A stretch of 64,000 nucleotides of DNA from an uncultured Bacillaceae bacterium (GTDB lineage Bacteria; Bacillota; Bacilli; Bacillales; Cytobacillaceae), in the NCBI GenBank assembly GCA_963765265.1, contig CAVXVN010000013.1, positions 33,676 to 97,675 of the forward strand, given 5' to 3'. The translations under genes were made by a program, and so were the position numbers. Below, piece by piece: positions 9,862 to 21,391 of the stretch (position 1 is its first letter; every line of letters starts with the position of its first letter). The notes below the pieces were generated by a model, which saw only the letters and a list, made by a program, of their open reading frames with translations, was not told the origin of the DNA and ran no database searches.

Positions 9862-11518
9862 ATGAAGTCCTTGAAACTAGAAACGATTTTGAGTCCAGAA
9901 TATGTGGAAAAGTATCAGTCCGTTTGGCCAAATAAAACCATTCTCGATTATCTAAATGATGCTATTGCGAAATATCCAGATAAGGTTGCGATTATCGACA
10001 AAAAGAGCCGTTATACGTACAGTGAGCTCGGGAAAATGGTCGACCGTGTTGCATTGGGTCTGTTGGAATTAGGCTTGGGAAAAGGGGATGTCATTTCTCT
10101 TCAGCTGCCTAACTGGAATGAATTTATTATTCTTCACTATGCGGCAACGAGAATTGGTGCCATTACCAATCCATTGATTCCAATTTATCGTGATCGCGAA
10201 ATTGGTTATATGGTTGGAATGGCTGAGTCGAAAATGATTGTCGTTCCCGATGAATTTCGCGGATTTGATTATCCAGCCATGATCGATAGACTGTCCCACC
10301 AATGGCCGTTACTTGAACATGTTTATGTAATTGGCGAAAATGTACCAGCCCACATGAAGCCACTTGCTTCATTGTTTGATAAACCGTGGGAAGAAATTCG
10401 TGATCCAGCGGTATTAGATAAAATCACTCATGATCCAAATGATGTGACCGAAATTATTTTTACCTCTGGAACAACGGGAAATCCAAAAGGAGTTATGCAT
10501 ACACATAATACCATTTGTGTTTCAACCAATTACTGGATTGACCATTTGCAATTAACTTCTGACGACGTGATGTTCATGGCCTCGACCTTTGCCCACCAAA
10601 CTGGGTTTGGGTATGGTGTACGCCTTCCAACTACGATCGGAGGAACAGGCGTTTATCAAGAAATTTGGAACCCGTTAGAATTTATTGAACTCATTGAGGA
10701 GGAAGGAATTACTTTTACAGCCGGAGCGACCCCATACTTGCAGGATACCATGCAATTGGAGGGACTTGAAAGTCGAAACATTGACTCACTAAGAGTATTC
10801 GCAGCTATGGGTGCGCCGATTCCAATGGCGTTGGTAAAAGAAGCTTCCAAAAAGGTAAATTTCGCGATTCTTTCCGGTTGGGGTCAAACGGAAAGTGGTC
10901 TCGTTACTTTGACAAAGCTTGACGATACCGAAGAAAAACTGACAGGTACTGACGGTGTTGCGCTTGATAGCATGGAAGTAAAAGTAATTGATTCGAATGG
11001 GGACTCTTGTCCACCTAATCAAGAAGGAGACCTCCTTAGTAGAGGACCTGCCCTATCTGTTGGGTATCTGAAAAATCTTGAAGGTACATTGTCTGAGTAT
11101 CAGGATGGATTGGTTTTTCACGGGAGATCGTGCGGTCATGGATGAAGACGGTTACATCCGAATTTCTGGGCGAAATAAGGATATTATTATTCGCGGTGGT
11201 GAGAATATCCCTGTCGCTTATGTTGAAAATGTATTGTATGAACATGAAGACATATTGGATGCTCAGCTTATCGCACTGCCTGATCCAAGACTGCAAGAAA
11301 AGGCATGCGCTGTTATTAGCATGAAACCTGAGAGGTCGCCTCTTACATTTCCATTACTGCAAGAATTTCTTAAGCAAAAAGGGGTCGCTAAGCAATATTG
11401 GCCAGAGTATCTGGAGATTGTTGAGAATTTTCCGAGAACTGCAAGTGGGAAAATTCAAAAGTTTCGCTTGAAAGAAAAAATTCTCCAGCGTTTAAGTGAA
11501 CAGAAATTAAATATATAG
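9862..11518 (+). pseudogene. aliA: Cyclohexanecarboxylate-CoA ligase-like (AliA), split by a +1 frameshift near 11110
   Basis: FTSGTTGNPKG and WGQTE in ORF1; WFFTGD, GRNKDIIIRGGENI, RTASGKIQK in ORF2; removing one T from GGATTGG restores DGWFFTGD. Confidence 0.78.
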
Positions 11519-11581
11519 ATTCATAGATTCATATTGCATTCAAATTTAATCATTTAACTAAGAAATCAGGGGGAAATAATT

Positions 11582-12328
11582 ATGACAAAAAGAGTAGCCT
11601 TTATTACTGGAGCAGGACGTGGAATAGGAAGAGAGATTGCTAGAACATTATCTTCTAGAGGAATGGACATTATTGTAACCGATGTCAATTTGGATAACGC
11701 GAATGAAACGGTCTCCATTTTAGAACAAGAGGGTGGAAAGGCAGTTGCGGTTTATTGCGATGTGACAAAGCTAGAGAGCGTTCAAGAGGCGGTAGCAACC
11801 TCAGTTAGCCATTTCGGAAAAATTGATGTGCTTGTGAACAATGCGGGTTGGGATAAGGTTGAACCATTTTTGAAAAGTGAACCGAGGACATGGGAGCTGA
11901 TTATGAACATTAACATGATGGGGCAAATCCATACTTGTAAAGAAATTTTACCTGTCATGATCGAAAATGGTTATGGCAAGGTGGTCAATATTGCTTCTGA
12001 TTCAGGGAGAGTGGGTTCAAGCGGAGAGGCAGTCTACTCAGCTGCTAAAGGAGGCGTCATTGCTTTCACCAAAACCATGGCACGAGAAATGGCGAGACAT
12101 AAGATCAATATTAATTGTATTTCACCAGGACCAAGTAATACACCTCTTTTCCAAGAAATTGGTTCTTATAATGAGGGGATTGCAGCGGCACTTGAAAAGG
12201 CCATTCCGTTTAGACGTTTAGCACAGCCAAGTGATATCGCCAATTCAGTTGCGTTCCTTGTGTCTGACGAAGCAGAATATGTAACTGGCCAGACCCTTTC
12301 AGTAAATGGCGGATTAGCCATGGTTTAA
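11582..12328 (+). CDS. badH: 2-hydroxycyclohexanecarboxyl-CoA dehydrogenase-like SDR
   Basis: TGAGRGIG, NNAGWD, ASDSGRVGSSGEAVYSAAKGG characteristic of BadH-like SDRs. Confidence 0.78.
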   Translation: MTKRVAFITGAGRGIGREIARTLSSRGMDIIVTDVNLDNANETVSILEQEGGKAVAVYCDVTKLESVQEAVATSVSHFGKIDVLVNNAGWDKVEPFLKSEPRTWELIMNINMMGQIHTCKEILPVMIENGYGKVVNIASDSGRVGSSGEAVYSAAKGGVIAFTKTMAREMARHKININCISPGPSNTPLFQEIGSYNEGIAAALEKAIPFRRLAQPSDIANSVAFLVSDEAEYVTGQTLSVNGGLAMV

Positions 12329-12530
12329 TGGTATTAGAAAACAAACCTTCAATTTCGTGAATAGATGGGGAAGGGAAAAATTTGCCCCTCTTCTCACAAG
12401 TTGCGCCAGATGGTGGGTATTGACCCCGTTAAAGTCGTGCAGCTTGTGTGAAAGAGGGACGAATGTAATTTCTACTACCGGCTTTATTTAAGTAAACGTG
12501 CACACCATTAAGGAAAGGAACGTGAGGCAA

Positions 12531-13679
12531 ATGGTACAAACTCTACCAAAAGATATCCAGCATTTAAAACAAGGAATTCGCGAGTTTATTGATAATGAAG
12601 TAGAACCACATGCCATGTTAATTGAGGAAACGAACGAGATTCCTCAAAGTATTATGGAGAAATCCAAGCAAATGGGTTTATTTGCGCTGAGTATTCCAGA
12701 AGAATATGGCGGGCTAGGTATTGGAATGGTTGGGAAATGTGCGGTCTTAGAGGAAGTCGGCAGAACCCATAATGGCTATACAACGGTCATTGGCGGCCAT
12801 ACCGGAATCGGCGGCGTTGGAATCGTAGAGATGGGAAATGAAGAACAAAAGCAGAAATACCTGCCGAAAATGGCGAGCGGGGAAAGCATTGGTGCTTTTG
12901 CTTTAACAGAGCCAAGTGCTGGCTCCCATGCGACCAACTTAAGAACAACGGCGGTACGAAAAGGAGACCGTTACATTTTAAACGGATCAAAGTGCTATAT
13001 AACAAATGCCGGAATTGCTGATGTATTCACGGTTATGGCGGTGACCGATCCGACTAAAGGAGCAAAAGGCATTACTTCTTTTATTGTTGAAAAGGATTTC
13101 CCAGGCTTTAAGCTGGGCAATAAAGAGAAGAAAATGGGTCTTCATGGGTCGCATACTTGGGAGATATTCTTCGAGGATTGCGAAGTACCGGTTGAGAACA
13201 TGTTGGGTGAGGAAGGGCAAGGCTATGTGAACGCTCTGAAAATTCTAGCGAACGGACGGGCAGGAATGGCTGCTAGAAACTTGGGTTCCGCCGATAAATT
13301 GTTAGAAATGTCGCTTGATTATGCACATATGCGTATTCAGTTTGGCAAACCGATTTTTGAGCAGCAAATTATTCAACACTACTTGGCAGATATGGCAACG
13401 GAAATTGAAGCTCTTCGTGCCCTTACATATCATGTGGCCAATATGGTGGATCAAAAGAAGAATGTCATTAAAGAAGCTGCTATGGTCAAATTGTTTGGTT
13501 CTGAAACGTATAATCGTGTCGCCGATAAAGCTGTCCAAATTCATGGAGGAATGGGCTACATTTCGGATTATCCAATTGAACGTTTTTACCGTGATGCTCG
13601 CATTACAAGAATTTACGAAGGGACATCTGAAATTCAAAAGAATATTATTGCTGCCCAATTACATCGGAAATATCAATAA
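12531..13679 (+). CDS. Acyl-CoA dehydrogenase, paralog A
   Basis: FALTEPSAGS, QIHGGMGY, RIYEGTSEIQ. Confidence 0.92.
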   Translation: MVQTLPKDIQHLKQGIREFIDNEVEPHAMLIEETNEIPQSIMEKSKQMGLFALSIPEEYGGLGIGMVGKCAVLEEVGRTHNGYTTVIGGHTGIGGVGIVEMGNEEQKQKYLPKMASGESIGAFALTEPSAGSHATNLRTTAVRKGDRYILNGSKCYITNAGIADVFTVMAVTDPTKGAKGITSFIVEKDFPGFKLGNKEKKMGLHGSHTWEIFFEDCEVPVENMLGEEGQGYVNALKILANGRAGMAARNLGSADKLLEMSLDYAHMRIQFGKPIFEQQIIQHYLADMATEIEALRALTYHVANMVDQKKNVIKEAAMVKLFGSETYNRVADKAVQIHGGMGYISDYPIERFYRDARITRIYEGTSEIQKNIIAAQLHRKYQ

Positions 13680-13693
13680 AGGAGGAGTTCAAA

Positions 13694-14470
13694 ATGATCT
13701 ATGAAAATCTAATTGTTGAAAAGGGAAATCAAATTGGTTTTATTAAAATCAATCGTCCTGAAGTAAGAAATGCCTTGAATAATGAAACCGTTACAGAAAT
13801 CTTATCTGCTTTTGAAGAGTTAGAGAATGATAAGGAAATAGGTGTGATTGTATTTACCGGAGTTGGTGAAAAGGCATTTGCAGCAGGTGCAGATATAAAC
13901 CAGCTGACAAAGAGGAAAGCAATTGAAGCATTTAAGACTGGAAGTATGAGCGATGTGTATCGCCGCATTGAAAATAGTAAAAAAGCAACGATTGCAGCCA
14001 TTAATGGGTTTGCTCTTGGCGGTGGAAGTGAGCTTGCAATGAGCTGTGATATTCGGATGGCATCTGAAAATGCAAAGTTCGGATTGCCTGAATTGAACTT
14101 ATCGGTTATTCCTGGTGCAGGAGGAACGCAGCGGTTAACACGAATTATCGGTAAGGGCCGTGCGATGAATATGATATTAACAGGGGAATTTATATCTGCG
14201 AGTGAGGCGAAAGCAATCGGCTTAGTGACAGATGTAGTTCCGTTAGAGGAATTGATGGATGCTGTTCGTGAAAAGGCTGAAAAAATCTTAGCTAAAGGCC
14301 CTCTTGCGATTCAAATGGCTAAGCTTGTTGTAAATCGCGGCTTTGAGGTGGATATGGATACCGGATTGCTGATTGAAACCTTAGCACAAGCCTTTTTATA
14401 TACAACAGAAGATAAGGTAGAAGGAACAAAAGCTTTTCTTGAAAAAAGACAGCCATCATTCTCAGGATAA
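13694..14470 (+). CDS. Enoyl-CoA hydratase (BadK/crotonase-like)
   Basis: FAAGADI, ALGGGSELA, FGLPE..PGAGGTQRL (both catalytic Glu present). Confidence 0.9.
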   Translation: MIYENLIVEKGNQIGFIKINRPEVRNALNNETVTEILSAFEELENDKEIGVIVFTGVGEKAFAAGADINQLTKRKAIEAFKTGSMSDVYRRIENSKKATIAAINGFALGGGSELAMSCDIRMASENAKFGLPELNLSVIPGAGGTQRLTRIIGKGRAMNMILTGEFISASEAKAIGLVTDVVPLEELMDAVREKAEKILAKGPLAIQMAKLVVNRGFEVDMDTGLLIETLAQAFLYTTEDKVEGTKAFLEKRQPSFSG

Positions 14471-14565
14471 TTAAATGAAGAAACTGGTTTTTTATGAAAG
14501 GCTTTTTGAAGGAAACTTTTAAATAAGAAGTCCAGTTTCTACTTCATATCAGGAGGAGAAGATAG

Positions 14566-15321
14566 ATGGAACTTGATTTGAAAGAAAAAAACGTCTTCAT
14601 TACCGGTGCGGCTAAAGGGATTGGTAGAGAAATTGCCTTCGCTGCTGCCGGTGAAGGGGCGAATATTGCTTTACACTATCTGAGTTCTGAACAGGAAGCC
14701 GTTATTACAGCGGAGGAAATCAGTAGAGCTTATGGTGTAAAAGTGAACCTTGTTAAAGGGGATATCGCAAAAGCGGAAGATGTCGTAAGGATGAAGGAGG
14801 AACTTGATCATAGTCTAGGCGGCATTGATTGTATTGTAAACAATGCTGGTTTTGCTCAGATGAAATCGTTCTTTCAATATGAACGAGATGAATGGAAGCA
14901 TGAAGTCGATGTTTGCTTTTATGGAGTTCTGAATTTGGTTCATACGTTTATGCCTGAAATGATTGAAAAGAGGCAAGGAAAGTTTATTAATATCGTGGGT
15001 GATTCTGCACGGACTGGCGACAAAAACTTAATTATTTCGGCTGCTGCCAGGAATGGCGCCATTAGTTTCCTAAAATCCTTAGCACAGGAGGTGGGGAAAA
15101 GCAATGTCCAATGTAACACAGTATCACTTGGATTGATCAATCATGGATCATTGGACTTTAGCGAAGCAGCATTAGAAAAAATTGTGAAGCAATATCCTTT
15201 GAAGCGGCTTGGAAAAGTGGAGGATGTAACGGGAATGGTTTTATTTTTGCTATCAAACCATGCTGATTGGATTACCGGTCAAGTGATATCGGTAAACGGC
15301 GGGCATAGTATGCTAGGGTAA
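14566..15321 (+). CDS. Atypical SDR lacking the YxxxK motif
   Basis: TGAAKGIG and NNAG present; SAAAR at the YxxxK position. Confidence 0.85.
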   Translation: MELDLKEKNVFITGAAKGIGREIAFAAAGEGANIALHYLSSEQEAVITAEEISRAYGVKVNLVKGDIAKAEDVVRMKEELDHSLGGIDCIVNNAGFAQMKSFFQYERDEWKHEVDVCFYGVLNLVHTFMPEMIEKRQGKFINIVGDSARTGDKNLIISAAARNGAISFLKSLAQEVGKSNVQCNTVSLGLINHGSLDFSEAALEKIVKQYPLKRLGKVEDVTGMVLFLLSNHADWITGQVISVNGGHSMLG

Positions 15322-15468
15322 TAGGGTTTTGGACAGGCAAATTGATTTTGTTCACTTGATCTCCTTTGAAGGAAGACTAGCCAAAGAGTCAGCATAAGCG
15401 ATCAATTCAAAAAATGTGAAAGTATGGATCGTTCTATCACTTTTAATAATAGAAGGGGATGCTGATAA

Positions 15469-15900
15469 ATGGAAATAAAACTTATTAAAAAAGAACTCAT
15501 GTACGAAGATATTCAAATAGGGGATACGGATTCTTTTACTAAAACGATAACGGATTATGATATTGTTCAATTTGCCAGGGTGACTGGTGATTTTAATCCG
15601 GTACACCTTGATCCGGAGTATGCTAAGAAGACACCTTTTAAAGAAAGAATTGCCCATGGTCTTTTATCAGGTAGTATTATTTCTACTGTACTTGGAATGA
15701 GGCTGCCTGGGGTGAACACGATCTATTTGTCCCAAAACTTCAAGTTTCTTTTACCTGTAAAAATTGGAGATACGATCAAGGCAAATGTCGAGGTAGTGGA
15801 GAAAAGGGATGATAAGAATATCATTCGGTTAAAAACGCAAGTATTGAATCAGCGACAAGAAATGGTAGTAGATGGGGAAGCGGTTGTGATGAAAAAATAG
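15469..15900 (+). CDS. MaoC-family (R)-specific enoyl-CoA hydratase
   Basis: TGDFNPVHLD, RIAHG, LPG hydratase-2 motif. Confidence 0.9.
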   Translation: MEIKLIKKELMYEDIQIGDTDSFTKTITDYDIVQFARVTGDFNPVHLDPEYAKKTPFKERIAHGLLSGSIISTVLGMRLPGVNTIYLSQNFKFLLPVKIGDTIKANVEVVEKRDDKNIIRLKTQVLNQRQEMVVDGEAVVMKK

Positions 15901-16162
15901 GAAGTAAAAAGGAAAATGGGTTTTATCAATGGGCAAAAGTGGAAAAGAAGCGGAAGGGAGGGGATAAGTCTTCCTAATAAATGGTCATCCTATCCTTCCG
16001 ACTGTCAAAGGAGTACCTAAATAGGTATGGATATCTTTTGTAACATGCCGCCCTCTACCAAAATTCGGAATTTATCTAATCCTCATTCATATAAAGATCG
16101 TTCCTTTAAAATTCTTAAAGTAAGTTCGTATTGAAAAATGATAAGAAACCAAAATCAAATGC

Positions 16163-16339
16163 GCCTCGGCGTATTTGCGCCCAGATTTTATCGAGTCGCT
16201 CGATAAACTCCTTTTAAAATCTGTGGCATCCGCCGGAGGCTTTAACTTCATTCAGTCAGTTTGAACCCCACTGAATTGATAAAAGCTGCATTCATCTCAC
16301 CACTTATAGAAGTGGGAGACTTTGCTGAATGAAGTTAAA
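16163..16339. repeat. MITE-like palindromic element(s)
   Basis: Perfect 15-bp IR TTTAACTTCATTCAG (16241-16255)/CTGAATGAAGTTAAA (16325-16339) with inner CCACTTATAGAAGTGG hairpin; preceded by a nested hairpin 16163-16240. Confidence 0.65.
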
Positions 16340-16388
16340 TCATGCTCTATTCTTTCGAGGTAGGGGAATGGGTTTGTTATTTGATTTA

Positions 16389-16492
16389 TTTGCACAAATG
16401 ATTCGCAATATTAAGAAAATTTATCTCTTTTGCGATCGTATAGGGACCTCGGTCTTTGATTATCAAGGACAACGGTTGGCATGATACTTGCT
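16389..16492 (+). promoter_or_regulatory. sigma54 promoter P3 (etfB2-etfA2-fadF-adk) with tripartite enhancer
   Basis: TGGCATGATACTTGCT 16477-16492; enhancer 16389-16435; duplicate of the P1 region. Confidence 0.88.
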
Positions 16493-16621
16493 ATATATTA
16501 AGCAAAGGGAAAGGAGGAATGTTTCAGTCCATAAACCAATCAAAGAGCAATAGGATTTTTTAACTTTAAATAGTATCCAATTACTGGATATAAATCATAA
16601 AACGATAAAGGAGAGATACAA

Positions 16622-17393
16622 ATGAACATTTACGTGATTATGAAGCGCACCTTTGATACAGAAGAAAGGATTCAAATTGAAAACGGTACCATTAGGAGTG
16701 ATGGTGCTGAGTATATCATTAATCCTTATGACGAATACGCCATCGAGGAAGCGATTGCTTTAAAGGAGAAACACGGCGGTGAAGTAACGGTCCTAACCTT
16801 AGGAGATGAAGAAGCGGAAAAGGAACTTCGTACTGCTCTTGCCATGGGAGCTGACAAAGCTGTATTGATCGATAGCGATGAATTGGAAGAAATCGATCAG
16901 TTTTCTACCGCTACGATTCTAGCAACCTATTTGAAAGATAAAGAGGCAGATATCGTCCTGGCTGGAAACGTAGCCGTTGATGGTGGTTCAGGTCAAGTAG
17001 GTCCGCGTGTAGCCGAGATGCTGGGGATTCCTCAGGTCACAGCCATTACAAACCTTACGATTGAAGATGGGAAAGCCACCCTCATTCATGATGTGGAAGG
17101 GGACGAAGAAACCATTGAAGTATCACTCCCTGTTCTTGTGACCACTCAACAAGGGTTGAATGAACCACGCTATCCTTCTTTACCAGGGATTATGAAAGCT
17201 AAGAAGAAACCATTAGAGACACTCGAGTTAGATGATTTAGATTTAGAAGAAGATGATGTAGAAGCTAAAATCGGAAAAGATTGATCTCTTCCTGCCACCA
17301 AAGAAAGAACAAGGAAAAGTGTTAGCAGGCGAATTAAATAATCAAGTTCAAGAGCTAGTGTCATTATTAAAAACAGAAGCAAAAGTTATTTAA
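16622..17393 (+). pseudogene. etfB: EtfB copy 2, +1 frameshift near 17273
   Basis: Near-identical to copy 1; ATCGGAAAAG versus ATTGAAAAG (extra G); the rest (DLFLPPKKEQGK...EAKVI*) continues in the shifted frame to 17393. Confidence 0.88.
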
Positions 17394-17408
17394 GGGAGGA
17401 GATCTATT

Positions 17409-18392
17409 ATGGGAAGAAAAGTATTAGTTTTAGGTGATATTCGTGACGGAGCTTTAAGAAACGTTTCATTTGAAGCCATTGCAGCAGCAAAACGTATTGC
17501 ATACGGGGGAGAGGTAGTGGCAGCCTTATTTGGAGAATCAATTGGTGATGAAATCTTAAGCCTTCTTCACTATGGTGCAGACCGTGTGGTAAAGGTAGAA
17601 CATCAAGATTTAAAAGTATATACGACTGACGCATACCAACAAGCTTTACTCCAAGTAATAGACAATGAAAAGCCAGATGGGTTGATTATGGGCCATACTG
17701 CACAAGGGAAAGATTTATCCCCAAGGATTGCCACAAAATTAAACGCTGGACTTGTTTCGGATGTGGTCAATATCGAAATGGACGGGGAAGAGGCTGTTTT
17801 CACGACCCCAATTTATTCCGGGAAAGCATTTGAAAAGATCAAAATCAAGGATGGCATGATCGTCGCAACGGTCCGCCCTAATAACATACCTCCACAAGAA
17901 AAAGATGAATCACGTTCCGGTGATGTTAATGAAATGAGTGTGGATATTAAAGATCTTCGAACAACGATTAAAGATATTGTAAAAAAAGCAACAGGTGGAA
18001 TCGATCTGTCTGAAGCAAAAATTATTGTTTCCGGCGGCCGTGGGATGAAGGATGCGGAGAACTTTCAACTTTTGGAGGAACTCGGTACTACACTCGGTGC
18101 TGCAGTGGGTGCTTCACGAGGTGCATGTGATGCAGGTTATTGCGATTATTCTTTACAAATTGGACAAACGGGTAAGGTTGTTACTCCGGATCTCTATATT
18201 GCCATTGGGATTTCAGGTGCCATTCAACATTTAGCAGGGATGTCTAACTCAAAAGTCATTGTGGCGATTAATAAAGATCCAGAAGCGCCTATTTTCGAGG
18301 TAGCAGATTATGGAATTGTTGGAGATTTATTCGATGTAGTACCAATATTAATAGAGGAATTCAAAAAAACCGCAATGGCTGCGGGAGTCTAA
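17409..18392 (+). CDS. etfA: EtfA copy 2
   Basis: Paralog of 4468-5442 with the same FAD-binding motifs. Confidence 0.95.
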   Translation: MGRKVLVLGDIRDGALRNVSFEAIAAAKRIAYGGEVVAALFGESIGDEILSLLHYGADRVVKVEHQDLKVYTTDAYQQALLQVIDNEKPDGLIMGHTAQGKDLSPRIATKLNAGLVSDVVNIEMDGEEAVFTTPIYSGKAFEKIKIKDGMIVATVRPNNIPPQEKDESRSGDVNEMSVDIKDLRTTIKDIVKKATGGIDLSEAKIIVSGGRGMKDAENFQLLEELGTTLGAAVGASRGACDAGYCDYSLQIGQTGKVVTPDLYIAIGISGAIQHLAGMSNSKVIVAINKDPEAPIFEVADYGIVGDLFDVVPILIEEFKKTAMAAGV

Positions 18393-18453
18393 TGTTGTTG
18401 TATGGGGAGGATCCATTCCTCCCATTTATTTCAAAAGTTTATCATTAGGGGGG

Positions 18454-20541
18454 ATGAAAAAGATGATATCATTACTGAATTTACTTGCTTTTCTAGCTGT
18501 GGCTGGATATGCAGCCTATTTGTTTATCAATCTTGTATATACGAGGTATTTGTTTATAAAGCTTGGCAAAGAAGCAGAGTTCCAACCTAATCTGAAGGAA
18601 CGAATCAATACGGTATTAATCAACGGCTTTGGACAGAAAAAACTATTCAAAGACAAGAAAAGCGGTCTGATGCATTTAGTATTATTTTATACCTTTTTTA
18701 TCATTCAAATAGGACTTATTGAACTCATCATAAAAGGATTTATTAAAGGCTATGAGTTTCCTTTTGGTGAGGCACATAAATATTTTAGTCTTATCCAAGA
18801 GTGGGCGACGTTCCTTATGCTGTTGGCTGTCGTATATGGATTTTACCGTCGTTATGGTGAAAAATTAAAGCGATTGCAATGGAAACGTGATGGTAAAGCT
18901 GCCTTTGTTTATATCGCCTTATGTACTTTAACCTTATCAATCCTGCTTTCATTAGGATTTGAAGCCATTATGTTAGGTCATGAACCAAATCTCGTTTACG
19001 CTCCATTCTCTGGAAGCATGGCGCTGCTGCTTTCCGGCATGGGAACAATGGCAGGAACGGTCTTGTTCTATGTATTTTGGTGGGTCCATATGCTGACTGT
19101 ATTTACTTTTATGGTATTCGTACCACAGTCAAAGCAATTTCACGAATTATTTGCGATGTTTAATATCTTTTTCAAAAAACAAGGTCCTGTTGGAAAATTA
19201 AGAAAGATCGATTTTGAGGATGAGTCAGCTGAAGTATTTGGTGTTGGAAAAATTGAAGACTTTACTCGTCATCAATTGATGGATTTATACGCCTGTGCAG
19301 AATGTGGGCGATGCACGAATATGTGTCCAGCTTCAGGAACAGGAAAAATGTTGTCTCCGATGGACCTCATTGTGAAGATGAGAGATCATTTGACAGAAAA
19401 AGGTGCAGCAATGACTTCTAGACAGCCATGGGTGCCCACCTTTACTTTTAAAAACACAAGAGGAAATCAATTGGCTCTTGCGGGTGCCGGAGCCGGGGAA
19501 TCTGCTGCAGCATTGGACAGTGTCAGCTTAATTGGAGATGTCATCACGGAAGAAGAAATTTGGGCATGTACAACTTGCCGGAACTGTGAAGACCAATGTC
19601 CGGTAATGAATGAGCATGTTGATAAAATTATCGATTTACGTCGTTACCTTGTCTTGACAGAAGGAAAAATGAATCCTGATGCACAGCGTGCCATCACAAA
19701 TATCGAGCGCCAGGGAAATCCATGGGGTCTTAATCGAAAAGAGCGTGAAAATTGGCGTGATGGACGAGAGGATATTTCTGTTCCAACGGTTAAAGAAACG
19801 GAAAAGTCTGGAGAAGAATTTGAATATTTATTCTTTGTTGGCTCAATGGGCTCTTATGATAACCGCAGCCAAAAGATTGCCCAGTCCTTTGCCCGTGTCA
19901 TGAATTTAGCAGGCATTTCCTTTGCGATTCTAGGTAATAATGAGAAAAATTCAGGAGATACGCCGCGTAGAATCGGAAATGAGTTCTTATTCCAGGACTT
20001 AGCAAATGCCAATATTGCAAACTTCCAAAAGTATAACGTAAACAAAATTGTAACGATTGATCCACATGCCTATAATTCTTTTAAAAATGAATATCCAGAC
20101 TTTGGACTAAAAGCGGAAATTTATCATCATACAGAATTGTTGGCTTTATGGATCAGAGAAGGAAGAATTAAATTTACAAAAGAACTAAATGAAGTGATTA
20201 CTTATCATGATTCTTGTTATTTAGGCCGCTACAATACGGTTTATGATCCGCCACGTGAAATTTTAAAAGCAATTCCGGGTGTGAAAGTTGTTGAAGCTGC
20301 CCGCAACCGTGAAAATGCCATGTGCTGTGGAGCTGGCGGCGGTATGATGTGGACAGAGGAGAATACTGGAACACGGATTAATATCGCTAGAACTGAACAA
20401 CTTCTTGAGACAAAACCAACCATGATTGGAAGCGGATGTCCGTATTGTTTAACGATGATCAGTGATGGTGTAAAGGCAAAGGAAGTTGAGGAGACAGTAG
20501 AATCCTTTGACATTGTTGAAATTTTGGAAAAAGCATTGTGA
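18454..20541 (+). CDS. fadF: Membrane Fe-S oxidoreductase, FadF (HdrD/CCG-domain) family
   Basis: N-terminal TM helices; CAECGRCTNMCP and CTTCRNCEDQCP ferredoxin motifs; YHDSC, CCGAGGG, GCPYC. Confidence 0.88.
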   Translation: MKKMISLLNLLAFLAVAGYAAYLFINLVYTRYLFIKLGKEAEFQPNLKERINTVLINGFGQKKLFKDKKSGLMHLVLFYTFFIIQIGLIELIIKGFIKGYEFPFGEAHKYFSLIQEWATFLMLLAVVYGFYRRYGEKLKRLQWKRDGKAAFVYIALCTLTLSILLSLGFEAIMLGHEPNLVYAPFSGSMALLLSGMGTMAGTVLFYVFWWVHMLTVFTFMVFVPQSKQFHELFAMFNIFFKKQGPVGKLRKIDFEDESAEVFGVGKIEDFTRHQLMDLYACAECGRCTNMCPASGTGKMLSPMDLIVKMRDHLTEKGAAMTSRQPWVPTFTFKNTRGNQLALAGAGAGESAAALDSVSLIGDVITEEEIWACTTCRNCEDQCPVMNEHVDKIIDLRRYLVLTEGKMNPDAQRAITNIERQGNPWGLNRKERENWRDGREDISVPTVKETEKSGEEFEYLFFVGSMGSYDNRSQKIAQSFARVMNLAGISFAILGNNEKNSGDTPRRIGNEFLFQDLANANIANFQKYNVNKIVTIDPHAYNSFKNEYPDFGLKAEIYHHTELLALWIREGRIKFTKELNEVITYHDSCYLGRYNTVYDPPREILKAIPGVKVVEAARNRENAMCCGAGGGMMWTEENTGTRINIARTEQLLETKPTMIGSGCPYCLTMISDGVKAKEVEETVESFDIVEILEKAL

Positions 20542-20588
20542 ATGAGCAAGTAATAAACGTAATTAGCAAAGCAGCTTTAACAGTATAG

Positions 20589-21356
<768 letters not shown>

Positions 21357-21391
21357 ATATAAATAATCAATAAACTAGAGGGGGAATAAAA

